Assembly (NCBI GenBank): GCA_907165135.1
Contig: OU015567.1
Location: 1,860,001-1,924,000 of the forward strand
Direction: 5' to 3'
Length of the DNA stretch: 64,000 nt
Source: Oikopleura dioica
Lineage: Eukaryota > Animalia > Chordata
Shown here: positions 1 through 11,515 of the stretch, in pieces
Numbering within the stretch: position 1 is the stretch's first letter
How the letters are laid out: each line of letters begins with the position of its first letter
Notes under the pieces: generated by a model
Told to the model about the DNA's origin: nothing
Seen by the model: only the letters and a program-made list of their open reading frames with translations
Database searches by the model: none
Position numbers and translations under genes: made by a program

Positions 1-393
1 ATAAGCCCAGTGAGCACTGCACCAGTACTGATTTTCTCACGCCACCTCGCGCGCTCCAAGGAAGAAAAAAATTTCCTTTACTTATTTTTGCTTCAGTTTT
101 AGTTTATTCTTAGGTTTTTTAGTATGGAGAATTCGAAAATCACCGTTAAAAATGGCTCAGATGAGTATTTTTCATAATTATCACATAATAAATTTTATAG
201 TGTTAAAATTTCTTTCCCCAATGTCAGCACTAAATATCAATTTTACGGAAAATGTAAAAGTGCAGTTCGAAAGAGAATGGTGAACTTAGTATAATCTGAT
301 ACTTTGAAAAGATTATCTCGAGAGGAAGGCCAAATCGACAAAAATTGTACACTTCGGGTAAGGGGGTTCTTTAGGCAGCTTCGCGTATAGGGG
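1..393. mobile_element. Right part of a piggyBac-type (TTAA) MITE, same family as 63033-63565
   Basis: Ends CTTCGCGTATAGGGG followed by TTAA (394-397). Shares AGAGGAAGGCCAAATCGACAAAAATTGTACACTTCG and other blocks with the full copy at 63033-63565. Confidence 0.8.
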
Positions 394-1433
394 TTAAGGA
401 AGGTCTTGTAATTTTGATTCCAGGTGATTACGAGTTGAAATCAAGGAAGAGAACTCTATTTTTTCTAGTGGAGACGAAAAAGCTAAAATCGTATGATGCG
501 GAAAAATCGAAATTATTTGCTAATCATGGTTTCGGAACTTGGAGGCAAAAGAAAAATTATGTTGTTTATGGGAGCATTTTCTGGATCATCGTCATGATTC
601 TTGCGAACATCATCAATTTTGAAAGGACAAAATTTCGACCTGGAATTGGATCCTTTTGCGTGAGAGAGTATAAACAGTGCACAGGGATGTACATTTTGAA
701 GTTCGAGTACAACTCGTGCTCGAGTCCATTGTACAGTTGTGCAAGCATATACAGTGATGATTATGGCATTTTCAACTTTCCGGAAAAGATCATTTTACCG
801 AATGAGAAAAGAACAGCTGTCAAAGAGGTCTTCACAGACGAAGAAACAGAGCTGAATCGAAATCTTTGTTTCCAGACTGCTGGTTTATCAAGAAATCTCT
901 GTGAAAACTTATGTTTCCAAGGTCACTTAAGTTATTATGAAGATGAAAGATATTTGACCAAGACTTATGACCCTTCTGGATTTATTGATCAGGCTCCGAC
1001 TTATAATCACACAAAGAATATCGAGTGTTTGGCGATTTGCAAGTACGCTTCTGGGATTCAAGACAGGGACGATTGCCCGCTGGAAAAGCGATGTCGAGAA
1101 GGCTGTCCGTGCAAAGGGTACAAGTGCGTGAAAGACTACCCGAGAGATGACATTGTTTTAATCAGAAAATATCACAAATACGATCAAGTTGCATTTCACG
1201 ATGAGGTCGGCTTATATAAAATGTCACCAAGTCCGTTTGTTATTAAAAGGATCCAAAGTCAATATCTTCGACATTTTATAAGTAGGGTAAACTTACAAAA
1301 AAATCAACTTTTAAACGGCAAATGGTAAGGGAATGAAACTTGGCCAGATGATAGATGGTCAAAAACGACTTTTCAAAATTTTTTTTTGGGGAAGAATCTC
1401 TATTGTTTTTCATCCCTTTTTCGTCCATTTCCT

Positions 1434-1740
1434 TCTAAAATTTTTTAGCAATAAGATAGAAAAAAATGAAGGCAACCAATAGATTCGCCTTGAATCACTG
1501 ATTATTTTCCACTAAAAAAATTTAGTAATCGGCCTCACATGACTTCAGAAAAAGGAAAAGAAGCTGTAAGTCTTTGTTATTGTCTTGGAGGACCCCCTTG
1601 GAGGACTTTATCTGCTGGAAGACCCGATTTTTAAAAAATTTTTTTCAAAGGCCAAATCTACATTTTGGCCGAATATTTTGGCCTTTTTTGGCCGGAGGAA
1701 CCTGGAGGACCCCTCAAATTGAAAACAAATGCTGGAAGAA
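1434..1740 (+). repeat. Left subterminal repeat of the hAT element (GGAGGACCCC motifs)
   Basis: Reverse complement of 11325-11515, with paired GGAGGAC motifs followed by TGCTGGAAGA. Confidence 0.85.
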
Positions 1741-1783
1741 TTATTTTTTTTTCATTTAAAATAAATATCAAATATTTTTTAAT

Positions 1784-2155
1784 TCAATTTATTATATTAT
1801 GTCGGTAAGTAACGAGGCCTTCTTGATCACCATCGTAGTTTTTGTTGAAATTGTCGAAGTCGAAGTTGTAGTAGAAATCATCGTTTTGTTGCAACTCCTT
1901 GTTGTTGAACTGGGAAAAGGCTAAAAATAAATTAATTTTGTTTAAAATATTCTTTCATATCTTACCATGCAAATAGCCTCCAGCATAGCAAAGACCTCCA
2001 AACACCAGAATCAACCCAACTGGGAAAAAAAATTTAATTAAATTAACAATATTAATCTTACTCATCAAAAATTTCTTCATTTTTGCCGGTTTTTTTTTCT
2101 CTTCCTCTTCTTCTTCCAAACGACTTGTAGTCGAAAAAAAATCGTCTTCCGACAT
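1784..2155 (-). CDS. Small two-exon single-pass membrane protein (cargo inside the hAT element)
   Basis: MSEDDFFSTTSRLEEEEEEKKKPAK...FFFPVGLILVFGGLCYAGGYLH, then a GT-AG intron (about 1921-1965), then AFSQFNNKELQQNDDFYYNFDFDNFNKNYDGDQEGLVTYRHNIIN*. Confidence 0.6.
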
Positions 2156-2313
2156 TTTTGAAATTAAGAAAAGAAAGAGAAAAAATGATGCGATGCCAAA
2201 AAATCTAGAAAAACAGCGTCCCCGCAATCTGGAAAGGTTTCGGCGCTTTCAAAACAAGAATTACATCAGTTTCGTTTCTAGAAAGGGAGCGACAATAACA
2301 TAAAGACAAACAT

Positions 2314-3090
2314 AGTGACACCCTTATTTTGAAAATGGAAATATAGTGACACCCTTATTTTCAAAGATAAATATAGTGACACCCTTATTTAAAGTAAAAT
2401 TTTGATACTGCGACACCCTTATTTTCAAAAAGCGGAATTCAGTGACACCCTTATTTTCAAAAATCGAAATACAGTGACACCCTTATTTTCAAAAATCGAA
2501 ACACAGTGACACCCTTATTTTCAAAAAGCGGAACACAGTGACACCCTTATTTTCAAAAAGCGGAACTCAGTGACACCCTTATTTTCAAAAATCGAAATAC
2601 AGTGACACCCTTATTTTCAAAAATCGAAACACAGTGACACCCTTATTTTCAAAAAGCGGAACACAGTGACACCCTTATTTTCAAAAATCGAAACACAGTG
2701 ACACCCTTATTTTCAAAAAGCGGAAAACAGTGGCACCCTTATTTTCAGTAAGTGGAAAACAGTGACACCCTTATATTCAGAAATCGAAACACAGTGACAC
2801 CCTTATTTTCAAAAAGCGGAACACAGTGACATCCTTATTTTCAGAAAGTGGACCACAGTGACATCCTTAGTTTCAGAAATTGAAACACAGTGACACGCTT
2901 ATTTTCGAAATTCGAAACACAGTGACACCCTTATTTTCAAAAATCGAAACACAGTGACACCCTTATTTTTAAAAATTGATACACAGTGAGATCCTTATTT
3001 TCAAAAAGCGGAACACAGTGACACCCTTATTTCAAAAATCAAAACACCCTTGTTTTCAGAACAAAAATAAAGTGACACCCTTATTTTGAA
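2314..3090. repeat. 32-bp minisatellite, roughly two dozen units (ACAGTGACACCCTTATTTTCAAAAA(T/G)CG(A/G)AAC)
   Basis: AGTGACACCCTTATTT recurs at 2441, 2473, 2505 and onward with a 32-bp period. Two alternating variants (AATCGAAAC / AAGCGGAAC). Edge units are degenerate. Confidence 0.95.
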
Positions 3091-4057
3091 AATGGACATA
3101 AAATAGAAATTAAAATTAAAGCAAAGAAGCTTCCTTTTTTTTGACATATTATATTAAAAGTCAGAACATTATTGAATTTGAATTCAGCTTGAAAAGCAAG
3201 TCAAGTCAGGCGAACAAGTCGGCGATTGTTCCATCTTCGAGTCGATTAATTAATATTTGCGTTGCTTTGTCAAATATCTTGTCTAAATTATTGTGGTATC
3301 ATTATGTATATTTGTCAGCTTACGCATAAGATCCAATTCAAAATTCACTTGCGTACGATCAAGGTACCAGCCGTGCGATCCACCTGACTCACGTTTATGC
3401 AACTCGTTAAAGTAATCTGAAATTATCGAGCATAATTTAAACAACCAATTAGAAAGTCATCAATAGACAATAACTGACCCATGCAAATCACTTCGAGTAC
3501 TTGAAAAAGGTTTTAATATCTGTCAATAAATACTGAATATGATTCAATAGATAAAAAACCTCTCCTTCAATACTATTAGTTGTTTTTGATTCTCGAACTT
3601 CCGGATTTTCATGATCAACATAGAATGCGGCTTCAAGGTATTCGAATCTTCGATCTAGTTATCGGGTTTCATAGATAAGTTCAAAGTCAGATTAAAGCAA
3701 GTGAAACCCTTCCAGTAAACGTAAGCAACCCTTGAACAACGGAATACTGCTCATCATAGATTCTAAGGATCAAAATTTTGATTTAGCAAAGTCACTTGAT
3801 TAAGGTTTTTTTTTATTTTGTTGAAAGCATCCAAACTTAGATCCCTTAAAACTGTGCTTTCTTAGATTGAGTAAAGTTTTCGTGAGAAACGGGCGCGCTC
3901 GGTGTGGTCGTCCTATCTTAAGGAAGACGGTCGAGCGTAATGGCTTTTGAAGGAGTTGATCAAATTATATCAGACATTCCTACAGAAAAAAAAAAGCAAA
4001 TTTATCACATCGTTCCTTTTTTATCCCATCTATTTCCAGCATATTCGCGATCCAAGG

Positions 4058-4469
4058 CTGGGTCTCGAATCCATGGCATTTTGTTGGAGCACGCCGTGCT
4101 CTTGGGCGCCAAAAACTCCACGCGCCCGGAGCTGAAAACCGGCTGCTCCACGCGCTGGAGCAGCAAAAGTGACGGGCAAGAAAGTGAGGGGCTTATGCTT
4201 CATTATGAAATATTGAATATAAATTGTTTCAATCATGAAAACTTGATGAAAACGCAGGTGATTGAGTGCTGCGCGCAAACACTTTTTGGACGCCCGCGCT
4301 GTGCCTTCTTTGTCACCGCTGCTCCGGCGGCCGGATCATGCTCCAGCCGCTGGAGCTCCGCCCTGCTCCAGCCTCGTGGAGCTTTTTTCGCACTTGCCCC
4401 GGGGCGCGGAGCCGCGAGCGCCCGAGAGCAAACCCTGCTCCAAAAAAACGCCACGGATTCGAGACCCAG
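4058..4469. mobile_element. hAT-type MITE (8-bp TSD), nested in the large element
   Basis: About 34-bp imperfect TIR CTGGGTCTCGAATCC(A/G)TGGC...GGAGCA. TSD ATCCAAGG at 4050-4057 and 4470-4477. Confidence 0.9.
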
Positions 4470-4693
4470 ATCCAAGGTGCAATAACAAAGAGTCTCTCAA
4501 AAATGTGAATGCAAATAAAGACAGCCGTTAAAGACAGAAAAATGAGATTTGCATTCCGATTTTCAGAGACTCGTTGTTCTTCAAGGAACGAGCACGTCTG
4601 ATGATCTATAGAAAGTTTTTCCACAGTTTTTTTATACACATAAAAGCTCAATATGTGAGATAACAATCCTCTGATCATCACTGAAAAGGCAAC

Positions 4694-4895
4694 CAGGGTG
4701 TCACAATTAGATTGGAATCCAATTTGGAACCTTGTCCATTTGGAATTGGATTGGAAATTGGTTGGATTTCGGGTCTTTCCAATTGGAAAATCGAATCCAA
4801 TTGGAAAATTGGAATCAAATTGTTCAATTGGAATTTGAATTGGATTGGCAGATGGTTGGATTGACCAAAAAATTTTTTCTAATTGTGCCACCCTG
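4694..4895. mobile_element. MITE with CAGGG termini, 7-bp TSD and internal (TTGGA)-rich repeats
   Basis: TIR CAGGGTG(T/G)CACAATTAGA. AGGCAAC at 4687-4693 and 4896-4902. Confidence 0.85.
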
Positions 4896-5363
4896 AGGCA
4901 ACCGACACATCTTTTTCTCGATTGAACCGACGTACTTCAGCTTCGGTATCTTTGCATAATGGTGCAAACACCTTGATTTCAGCTGTGAAAGAAAGGCTCG
5001 AAATCTGATTTTTTCAGTTGAGCCAAAAAAAAGATCGACACCAGTTTTTGGAAAATTGGAGTGATCCCTCAAACCAAAATTTCGAGCCTTTCGAGAGACA
5101 ATATTTCCAAATCGGGTGAACTTAGAAGAGATTAAAATATCAGTCTTCGAGGGTTTTTCTTATTCAATAAAAAGATGAATTTTAAACTCCAAAGCTGATC
5201 CCTCACGTAAGGATCAGTAAGGGCTCTGGATTTGAGCATTGAAAAATTAAGAAGCATAAGCGGGTAAAGCTTTTGCATAATATCTTAAAATTTAGCAAAG
5301 CAAATCCAGATCCCTAAATCAGCAAAAGTCAGTTTTCTCGGGTCATATTTAAAAAATAATATA

Positions 5364-5972
5364 CAGTCGTTACGCACAATTCCGGAATTTTTTTCTCAGC
5401 GAAATCTTCGGAATTGTGCGGATTTCTGAAGAAAAATTTTCTCCTCTCAAAAAATAAGTTTTTATGGGGTCAATCTCAGAAATGCCTTTTTGATAGACAG
5501 CTTTGACTTCATTGAACCTTTTGTTATTCTCATGCTACGATCACGAGATTATTTATTAAATATGTTCAAATTCTAGTTTTGGGCAGTAAGGGAAATGGGT
5601 TGATGACTAGGTTCGTGGGACTAGGTTCGTGGGTTTTTGAACAAGCAAAATGTAGGATTTTATATCCCAAATGAGCCTAGTCTTCACGAACCTAGTCCCA
5701 CGAACCTAGTCATCAACCCATTTCCTTTACTGACCTAAAATGGGGAAGATACAAAAAAAACATATAATAATTCAAAATTCACGAACCCAGTCACACGAAC
5801 CATTTTTTCCGACATGGCATCGACGAACCTAGTCCGACGAACCTAGTCCTCACAAACCTGGTCATCGGTCTCGATTTTTTGTCGGAAATCTCCTGAATTG
5901 TGCGATTCGAAATTTTTCGGCTCACCCCGAAATCTCCGGAATTGTGCGTTCCGGAATTGTGCGTAAGGACTG
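5364..5972. mobile_element. Tc1/mariner(pogo)-like MITE with a nested hairpin repeat
   Basis: TIR CAGTC(G/C)TTACGCACAATTCCGGAA at both ends, TA on the left (right flank is TTA). Internal inverted repeat 5584-5732 built from CACGAACCTAGT units that continue to about 5865. Confidence 0.75.
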
Positions 5973-6489
5973 TTATAATATATTTATTGCATAATTGATT
6001 ATTTTTAAGTGATACTGTATTTCCGACCCGAGATCATTGTTAGTTCCACAGCTTTCAATTAAATCAAAAACAGTTTTCTTAATTAATCACAAAATTGTGA
6101 CTAAGCTTATTCAATTCAATTTTTGAAATCAGCCTGTGTGACAATTTTCTCCATCGCTTCTGAAAGACTTCAGAAAATCTTGAATACTGCTTAGGGTCGA
6201 CATGAGGCTTTTTCCCTGCTCTGTGGGAAAGTCTTCGATCCTTCACAGAATGAGAAAATGCTTTTACTTTCTGGCATTCTTTTATCATTCACTCTTCCTA
6301 AACTCACTTTTTCTCCAGCGGCCTCGCTGAGATAAACTCAGTGCTACGAAAAAGCGATCAGAAGATAGCGCATTATTCTGAAAGATAAATTATTCTTTTA
6401 GATTCATATTTGAATTATATAAAAACACTTTATTTTGATTTGAGAATATAAGAATGAAAGAAAATTCAATAATGCAAAGAAATTTTGAA

Positions 6490-9400
6490 TTAATCACATT
6501 CGTCTTCATCGATTTCGCCCTTCTCTATGACGTTCACATTATTCAAATTTTCATTTCGCTTATCGGCTAAAACATTCTGTTTGTTTCTTTGATTGAGATC
6601 TCTTCTTATTTTCGAGACGCTTTGTGAGCGATGCTTAGTGCGGTTCACGTGATTCTTTTGTTTGAGCCTCAAATTGACTCACGATGCGGAAGAAAATTAT
6701 TAATTAGAACATATTTTACGATTAAAAGAGACTTTTTAAAGAAAGATCCTTCCTTGAACGAAGCATTAAAAACATTAATTCATCTTTTTCTTCTTTTGTT
6801 TCTATCTTCTTCAACCAGTTAGTCGTTTTTGAGAGCTTTGCCAAAGACACAGTCCATAAATTATGGTTACAAAAGGATGAATTCGAAAAAAATTACAATT
6901 TAAATAAATATATCTTTTCTGAAATTCTTTCCTTATGGCTGTGTTTCTGAATTCTGTGTTCTTCACCAAGGAAAAGGCACGCTCCCTATAAGATTTAAGT
7001 AAGTTAATTTCAAGATTCAGTTTCATACGAAATCCTATTGTCAACGCTGAGAAATTGTCCATCCGATAAAGCGAGTTTTAAAATTTCTCTTGCTCCAAGT
7101 TGATCTTTTCGCAGGCCCTTGTAAGGATGATGGTTTATTTAATAAGAAGCTTGCTTACATACCTTCCGACACTGATAAAGATCTCAGACTCTGCAGCATC
7201 AATTGATTTTCTTGGTGAAGCTTTCACAAGATTTTCGTAAACATGCCAAAATGCCACAAACTCTTGATTGTCTTCTTGTGACGTCTTATCAAGCAAGCGC
7301 TAATGACATCATTGAAAAAAAAACTTATTTTATTTGGTTTACTTTAATAATGTTGACTTTCTTCTGGCCTCGAATTTCTTCCAAAATTAATTTTGTTTTT
7401 TCGTATTCTTCCTTGATCTCTAAGTAAGTCAAGGCCAAACCCTTAATTAAATGATGTATATTTGCAGTTTGAATTCAAATGCAAGAAGCAAAATAGAAGA
7501 TTTCGACGCGCAACATTTAGAAAAAATATACATCCTTGCCTCCGTTGCCCAGATAAAATTATTAATCAACTTGTAAACCAGTGTGATAGAGCCAAGAAAT
7601 AATTTCAACTCGAATTTTGTTGAGGATGACAATTCTTTTAAAATATTCTTTGCATAGTCGTTTGTTGTCTCGTGTCGTTGAAGAACTGGTATAATACTCG
7701 ACTCGAAAATCAAAAGATTTTGAGAATTGACCGCGGCCACTCCATGCCTTCGTAAAGTTCTTATTGATTTTCTTTTTGAAGAAAAAAGAATTCAAATGAA
7801 AATACAAAATTGATTTAGAACTTTACTTGACCCGATGTCTTGAAATAGAGATGTGCAAACGCAAACTTATCAGTGCACTTAACTGAAGCGCTTCGAACTG
7901 ATTGCGAAAAATTTAAAATGTCAGATAGCAAATCCCTGTCTGTCAAAAATAGATTCGACGATCGGCGCGGACCATAATGGTCTTCAATTTGAGAGTAAAG
8001 CTCTGCTCTCAGATCAGAGCGACTATGAGCTTCGCGAGGTTTCAGAAACATATTATATTAAGCAATTAAACAGAAAAAATAATGCTTTCAAACCTCAACA
8101 GACACTTGTCGATTCCCAAATATGACTTTCCATCAAAGTTAAAAAACGAGTGGTTTCTTGCATGTTATAGACGTGGAAAAGGGCGAAAAGCCGCGTGCCC
8201 GCATGGAATACTCGAAAAGCTCGATTTCAATAGTGAGAAAAGCCGCGCGCGCGAGGAGAAATGTGGAATTTTCAGAAGAGAGAGAAGCCGCGGTTGTGCA
8301 CGGAGAACTATAAATGCGCGGTTTTAGTAGTGAGAAAAGCAACGCGCTTTTTATAAATTGTTTTTTATTTCTAAATCGCTTGCAATTTTCGTTTTAATCT
8401 TTTAACTTTGCTTTTAACCCATTTAACATCTTTGCCACAGCATTATCCGATGTGATACCATATTTGCGCATTTCCTTCGAATTCAAAAATCTTGAGTACA
8501 ATCGCTTGTACATAATCGCTTAATTGCAAATTGTACTGAACAAATCAATTGCCAGTTTTTACCTCCATGATGCTTTGATAGGCTTTGAAATTTAACTCAA
8601 AAGTTATGATATATATTTTTAATGATTAAAACCCTTTCGCATTGTGCATCCAACTTGATGAAGATTTCTCGCCCCAGCGGCTGTTAATTCCGTTATCAGA
8701 AGCTCATTTGCAGAATAAGGGATCACAAAAAAAAATGAAATGTTATCATATTTTTGTTATCCCTGCCTTTAACCTGCGCACGACAACTGAGTCAAGGACT
8801 TTGCAATTTGTGAGAAGACCATAAGTCAGTATAAACAAAAGATTTAATAAAAAGTCGGGTTCTAGGTTCTCTTTAAATATGCGAAGCCCAAGCTGTCACT
8901 AAAATGACATATAGAATAAAATTAAAGAGTTTATAAAAACCTCAGAATAAAATGAATCTTTGGAACAAGCTCTGACATGATATTCAAATTTCGTAGCTCA
9001 TCCATAACGCCAGTTTTGATTTCTTCAGATTTTCCACCATGAAGTTTAAAAAGGGATAAAAGAAGGGAATTTCCATCTTGATCAATCAAAGATAAACCCA
9101 TAAGCGGGACTTGACGATTTGATAAAAAAGAGCTCATAAAATGTATCGTGATTTTGAAAGGAAACAAGGATTTTCTTGTTAATTATCAATTTAAACGAGA
9201 ACCATTTAATGAGCTCTAGTTGTCGTTGCATCAGAAATTTGGTTACTCTCACGAGAAAAATTAAAATAGTTTAATTCAAATTCATTATTTAAAAGTGCAA
9301 CCCCGGTCCATCGCCAATGTTATCGAAGTCGCATCGTTCAAAAACTGATTTCGTTGTGGGACCAATAGAACGGGAATGACTTGTTAAAAATGACAGGACT

Positions 9401-10599
9401 CAATTAATTTAAATCATAAAAAGGAAAGACACGGCTTTCAAGGAAATGAAAAGCCAGGGAAGAGAGAAAGCGGCCTTTAAGACAAAAAAAAAATTTGAAA
9501 ACCAAAGAAATGACAATATAGAAAGCTAAGAAAAGAAAAACTGTGACACTTAAAAGCTGTCACTTTGCTTTTACCAGCGAGTTTATAAAAGTGCTGCTTT
9601 GGTTGGGTCAAAACAAAATTCTTGTTGATTTTTCGCGCTGAAAGTAGTCCGACCTTTTCTTGGTACAAAATAGTCATCGTTTTTTCTCAGATGATGCAAA
9701 CATTGATTGACGTCGATCAAATGTTTTAATAAGCTTATTATAGCTGGAGTCGATGTACCATCCATTTTTGCACATACGAGTAGAAGCTGCATTTGTGGAT
9801 TCCAAATCCTTCTTGACCCCTGTTAAGGTTTAGATATTGTCATTATATTTGAATGAACGCTCAAAATTTTGTTTAAACCAGTTGCCTGTCCTCTTCTGTC
9901 CTTTTCGGGATCATAACTTTCTTTTGGTCTCTCTATCTTCGTAAAAAAATCAGAAAATGAGCTTAAAATAAATAAGTTTAGAACAGAATTTTCAAAAGTA
10001 CCATCCGTCGGCGGATCCAGTAAAATCAGTACCAAAAATTTCATCTTCACTCTCATAGTCCATGTCATCTTCAACAATATCAGTATCCTGGAACTCGACT
10101 GACATATCAAGTGCTGAGTCTCTTCTTGTCTTTTCAGTACAAAAAAAGGCTGACGTTTTTGAATATGGTGTGGCAAGAATATCGAAGATTTTATGTCGAA
10201 TCCGTTTTTCGTAAAAATACTCGTCAAAAACAGAAACTTCTATTTGTTCACGTGGCCACAACATTTGTCGGCTTCGTCCATTCTGCTGTTTAATCGAGCT
10301 AAATTTTTTTCGAAAACAAGATAAGTAATAAAAATATACTCGAAGACGAAGCTATTGATTGCAGAGCTTCCAGCTGAAGTGCCTTTTGCAGAGGCACGTA
10401 CGTAATTCTTCCAATTAACTGCTTTACCCTCATAAAAATGTTTTGATTTTTGTTCCCAAACTGCCTCAGTTGTTATTTTTTGCTCGAAACATGCACGTTT
10501 TATCACATCCAATGTTAGTTCACACGAATTATGCTCAGTGCAAAAAGCGAGAGAAATGAATAAAAACAAAATAGCCATTTTTCTCTTATATTCGCCCAT
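6490..10599 (-). pseudogene. Intron-rich, decayed hAT-like DDE transposase of the 10.4-kb element
   Basis: Motifs in order on the minus strand: FLNDATSITLAMD (D at 9306-9308), LMGLSLID...KIHFIL|SDS (D at 8895-8897 across a 42-nt GT-AG intron), CRAQVK..ANELLITEL...QVGCTM (Cys at 8646-8648; the His of CxxH is not directly seen), VDNRIS|ERAFSLVK (E at 6982-6984 across a 43-nt GT-AG intron), SLAKLSKTTNWL. About 110 bp interrupts the exon after SDS. 5' and 3' ends are approximate. Confidence 0.75.
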
Positions 10600-10769
10600 G
10601 GCTCAGAAAGAACAAAGCGCGCCTACGCTCTTTAAATAACAGAATCAGCAGAATAAATCGATTTCAATAATCACGTTGTTTTTCTGTGTTAACCCCTGTT
10701 TAATAAGAGTTTCTCAATTTTCATTGAAAAAACCGTAAAAGAAGTCTCTGACTGATTAGAATAGATTTC

Positions 10770-11040
10770 CGTGGCCTCCGCTTCGGGTCGGCTGTGCCCT
10801 GTTTTTGAGAGAATCGAATACATTGGCGTTGCCTCCCCTTCGGGTCGGCTTCGCCCTGTTCCTGACTGAATTATCTGGCTACCCCGTATGGGTTGGCTTG
10901 GCTCCCTCAATGACTGAACTAAATATGCTTGTATGGCCTTTTCTACGGGCTAGTCTTGCCCTGTCTTTATCCGAATAGAGTATGCTTAGTTGACCTCTCA
11001 TGCAGGTCGGTTTGGCCCCCTTCATCACTGAATTTAATGT
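10770..11040. repeat. Degenerate ~57-bp tandem repeat (about 5 units) inside the right end of the hAT element
   Basis: GCCTCC.CTTCGGGTCGGCT..GCCCTGTT at 10773 and 10831, followed by more diverged units. Confidence 0.7.
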
Positions 11041-11064
11041 GATTTATTTCTTATTTTTTTGAAT

Positions 11065-11515
11065 GTTGGTCTTCCACTGATGTTGTGTCTTCCAGCATAA
11101 GGGGTCCTCCGGGGGTCCTCCGGCAGAAAGTGACCAAAGTTGGCTGAAAGTGGCAATTTCTAGCCAAGCTAGACATATTATTTCAAAATTTAATTTTCGT
11201 CTTCCAGCTGATGGTCTTCCACCAGGGAGGTCCTCCGGGGTCCTCCGGCCGAACTAGACCAAAGTTGACCATAGGTGGCCATATACTGGCCGAGCACGGC
11301 CATATATTGAATATTTATAATATTGGTCTTCCAGCAGATAAAGTCCTCCAAGGGGGTCCTCCAAGACAATAACAAAGACTTTCAGCTTCTTTTTCTTTTT
11401 CTGCAGTCATGTGAGGTCGATTACTAAATTTTTTTTTTGGAAAATAATCAGTGATTCAAGGCGAATCTATTGGTCGCCTTCATTTTTTTCCATCTGATTG
11501 CTAAAAAATTTTAGA
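11065..11515 (-). repeat. Right subterminal repeats of the hAT element
   Basis: Three GGTCTTCCA...GTCCTCC(GG/AA)GGGGTCCTCC blocks (about 11101, 11226, 11341). 11325-11515 is inverted relative to 1434-1624. Confidence 0.85.

Larger units (their letters stand above)
3206..5000 (-). pseudogene. Spliced gene with ISXO2/Merlin-like DDE motifs, interrupted by two MITEs
   Basis: Reconstructed exons: IYDEQYSVVQGL, RRFEYLEAAFYVDHENPEVRESKTTNSIEGE, YFNELHKRESGGSHGWYLDRTQVNFELDLM|HKIFDKATQILINRLEDGTIADLFA*. The 5' extent is uncertain. Confidence 0.45.

Noticed and set aside
2314-3090. CRISPR-like appearance of the regular 32-bp array
   Set aside because: No unique spacers, no cas genes and a eukaryotic context; it is a minisatellite.
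3940-4891. Several overlapping 80-190 aa ORFs
   Set aside because: They result from GC-rich or repetitive MITE sequence on both strands.
2230-6060. TIRs and TSD for a nested Merlin element
   Set aside because: No convincing inverted termini with a matching TSD were found, so no element boundaries are called.
8165-8360. GC-rich AAAAGCCGCG-repeat block inside the transposase
   Set aside because: Probably a MITE fragment, but no TIR pair or TSD could be defined.
10240-10599. Apparent signal-peptide protein MAILFLFISLAFC
   Set aside because: It lies in line with the transposase exons inside the TIRs, and the hydrophobic stretch is probably translated intron sequence.
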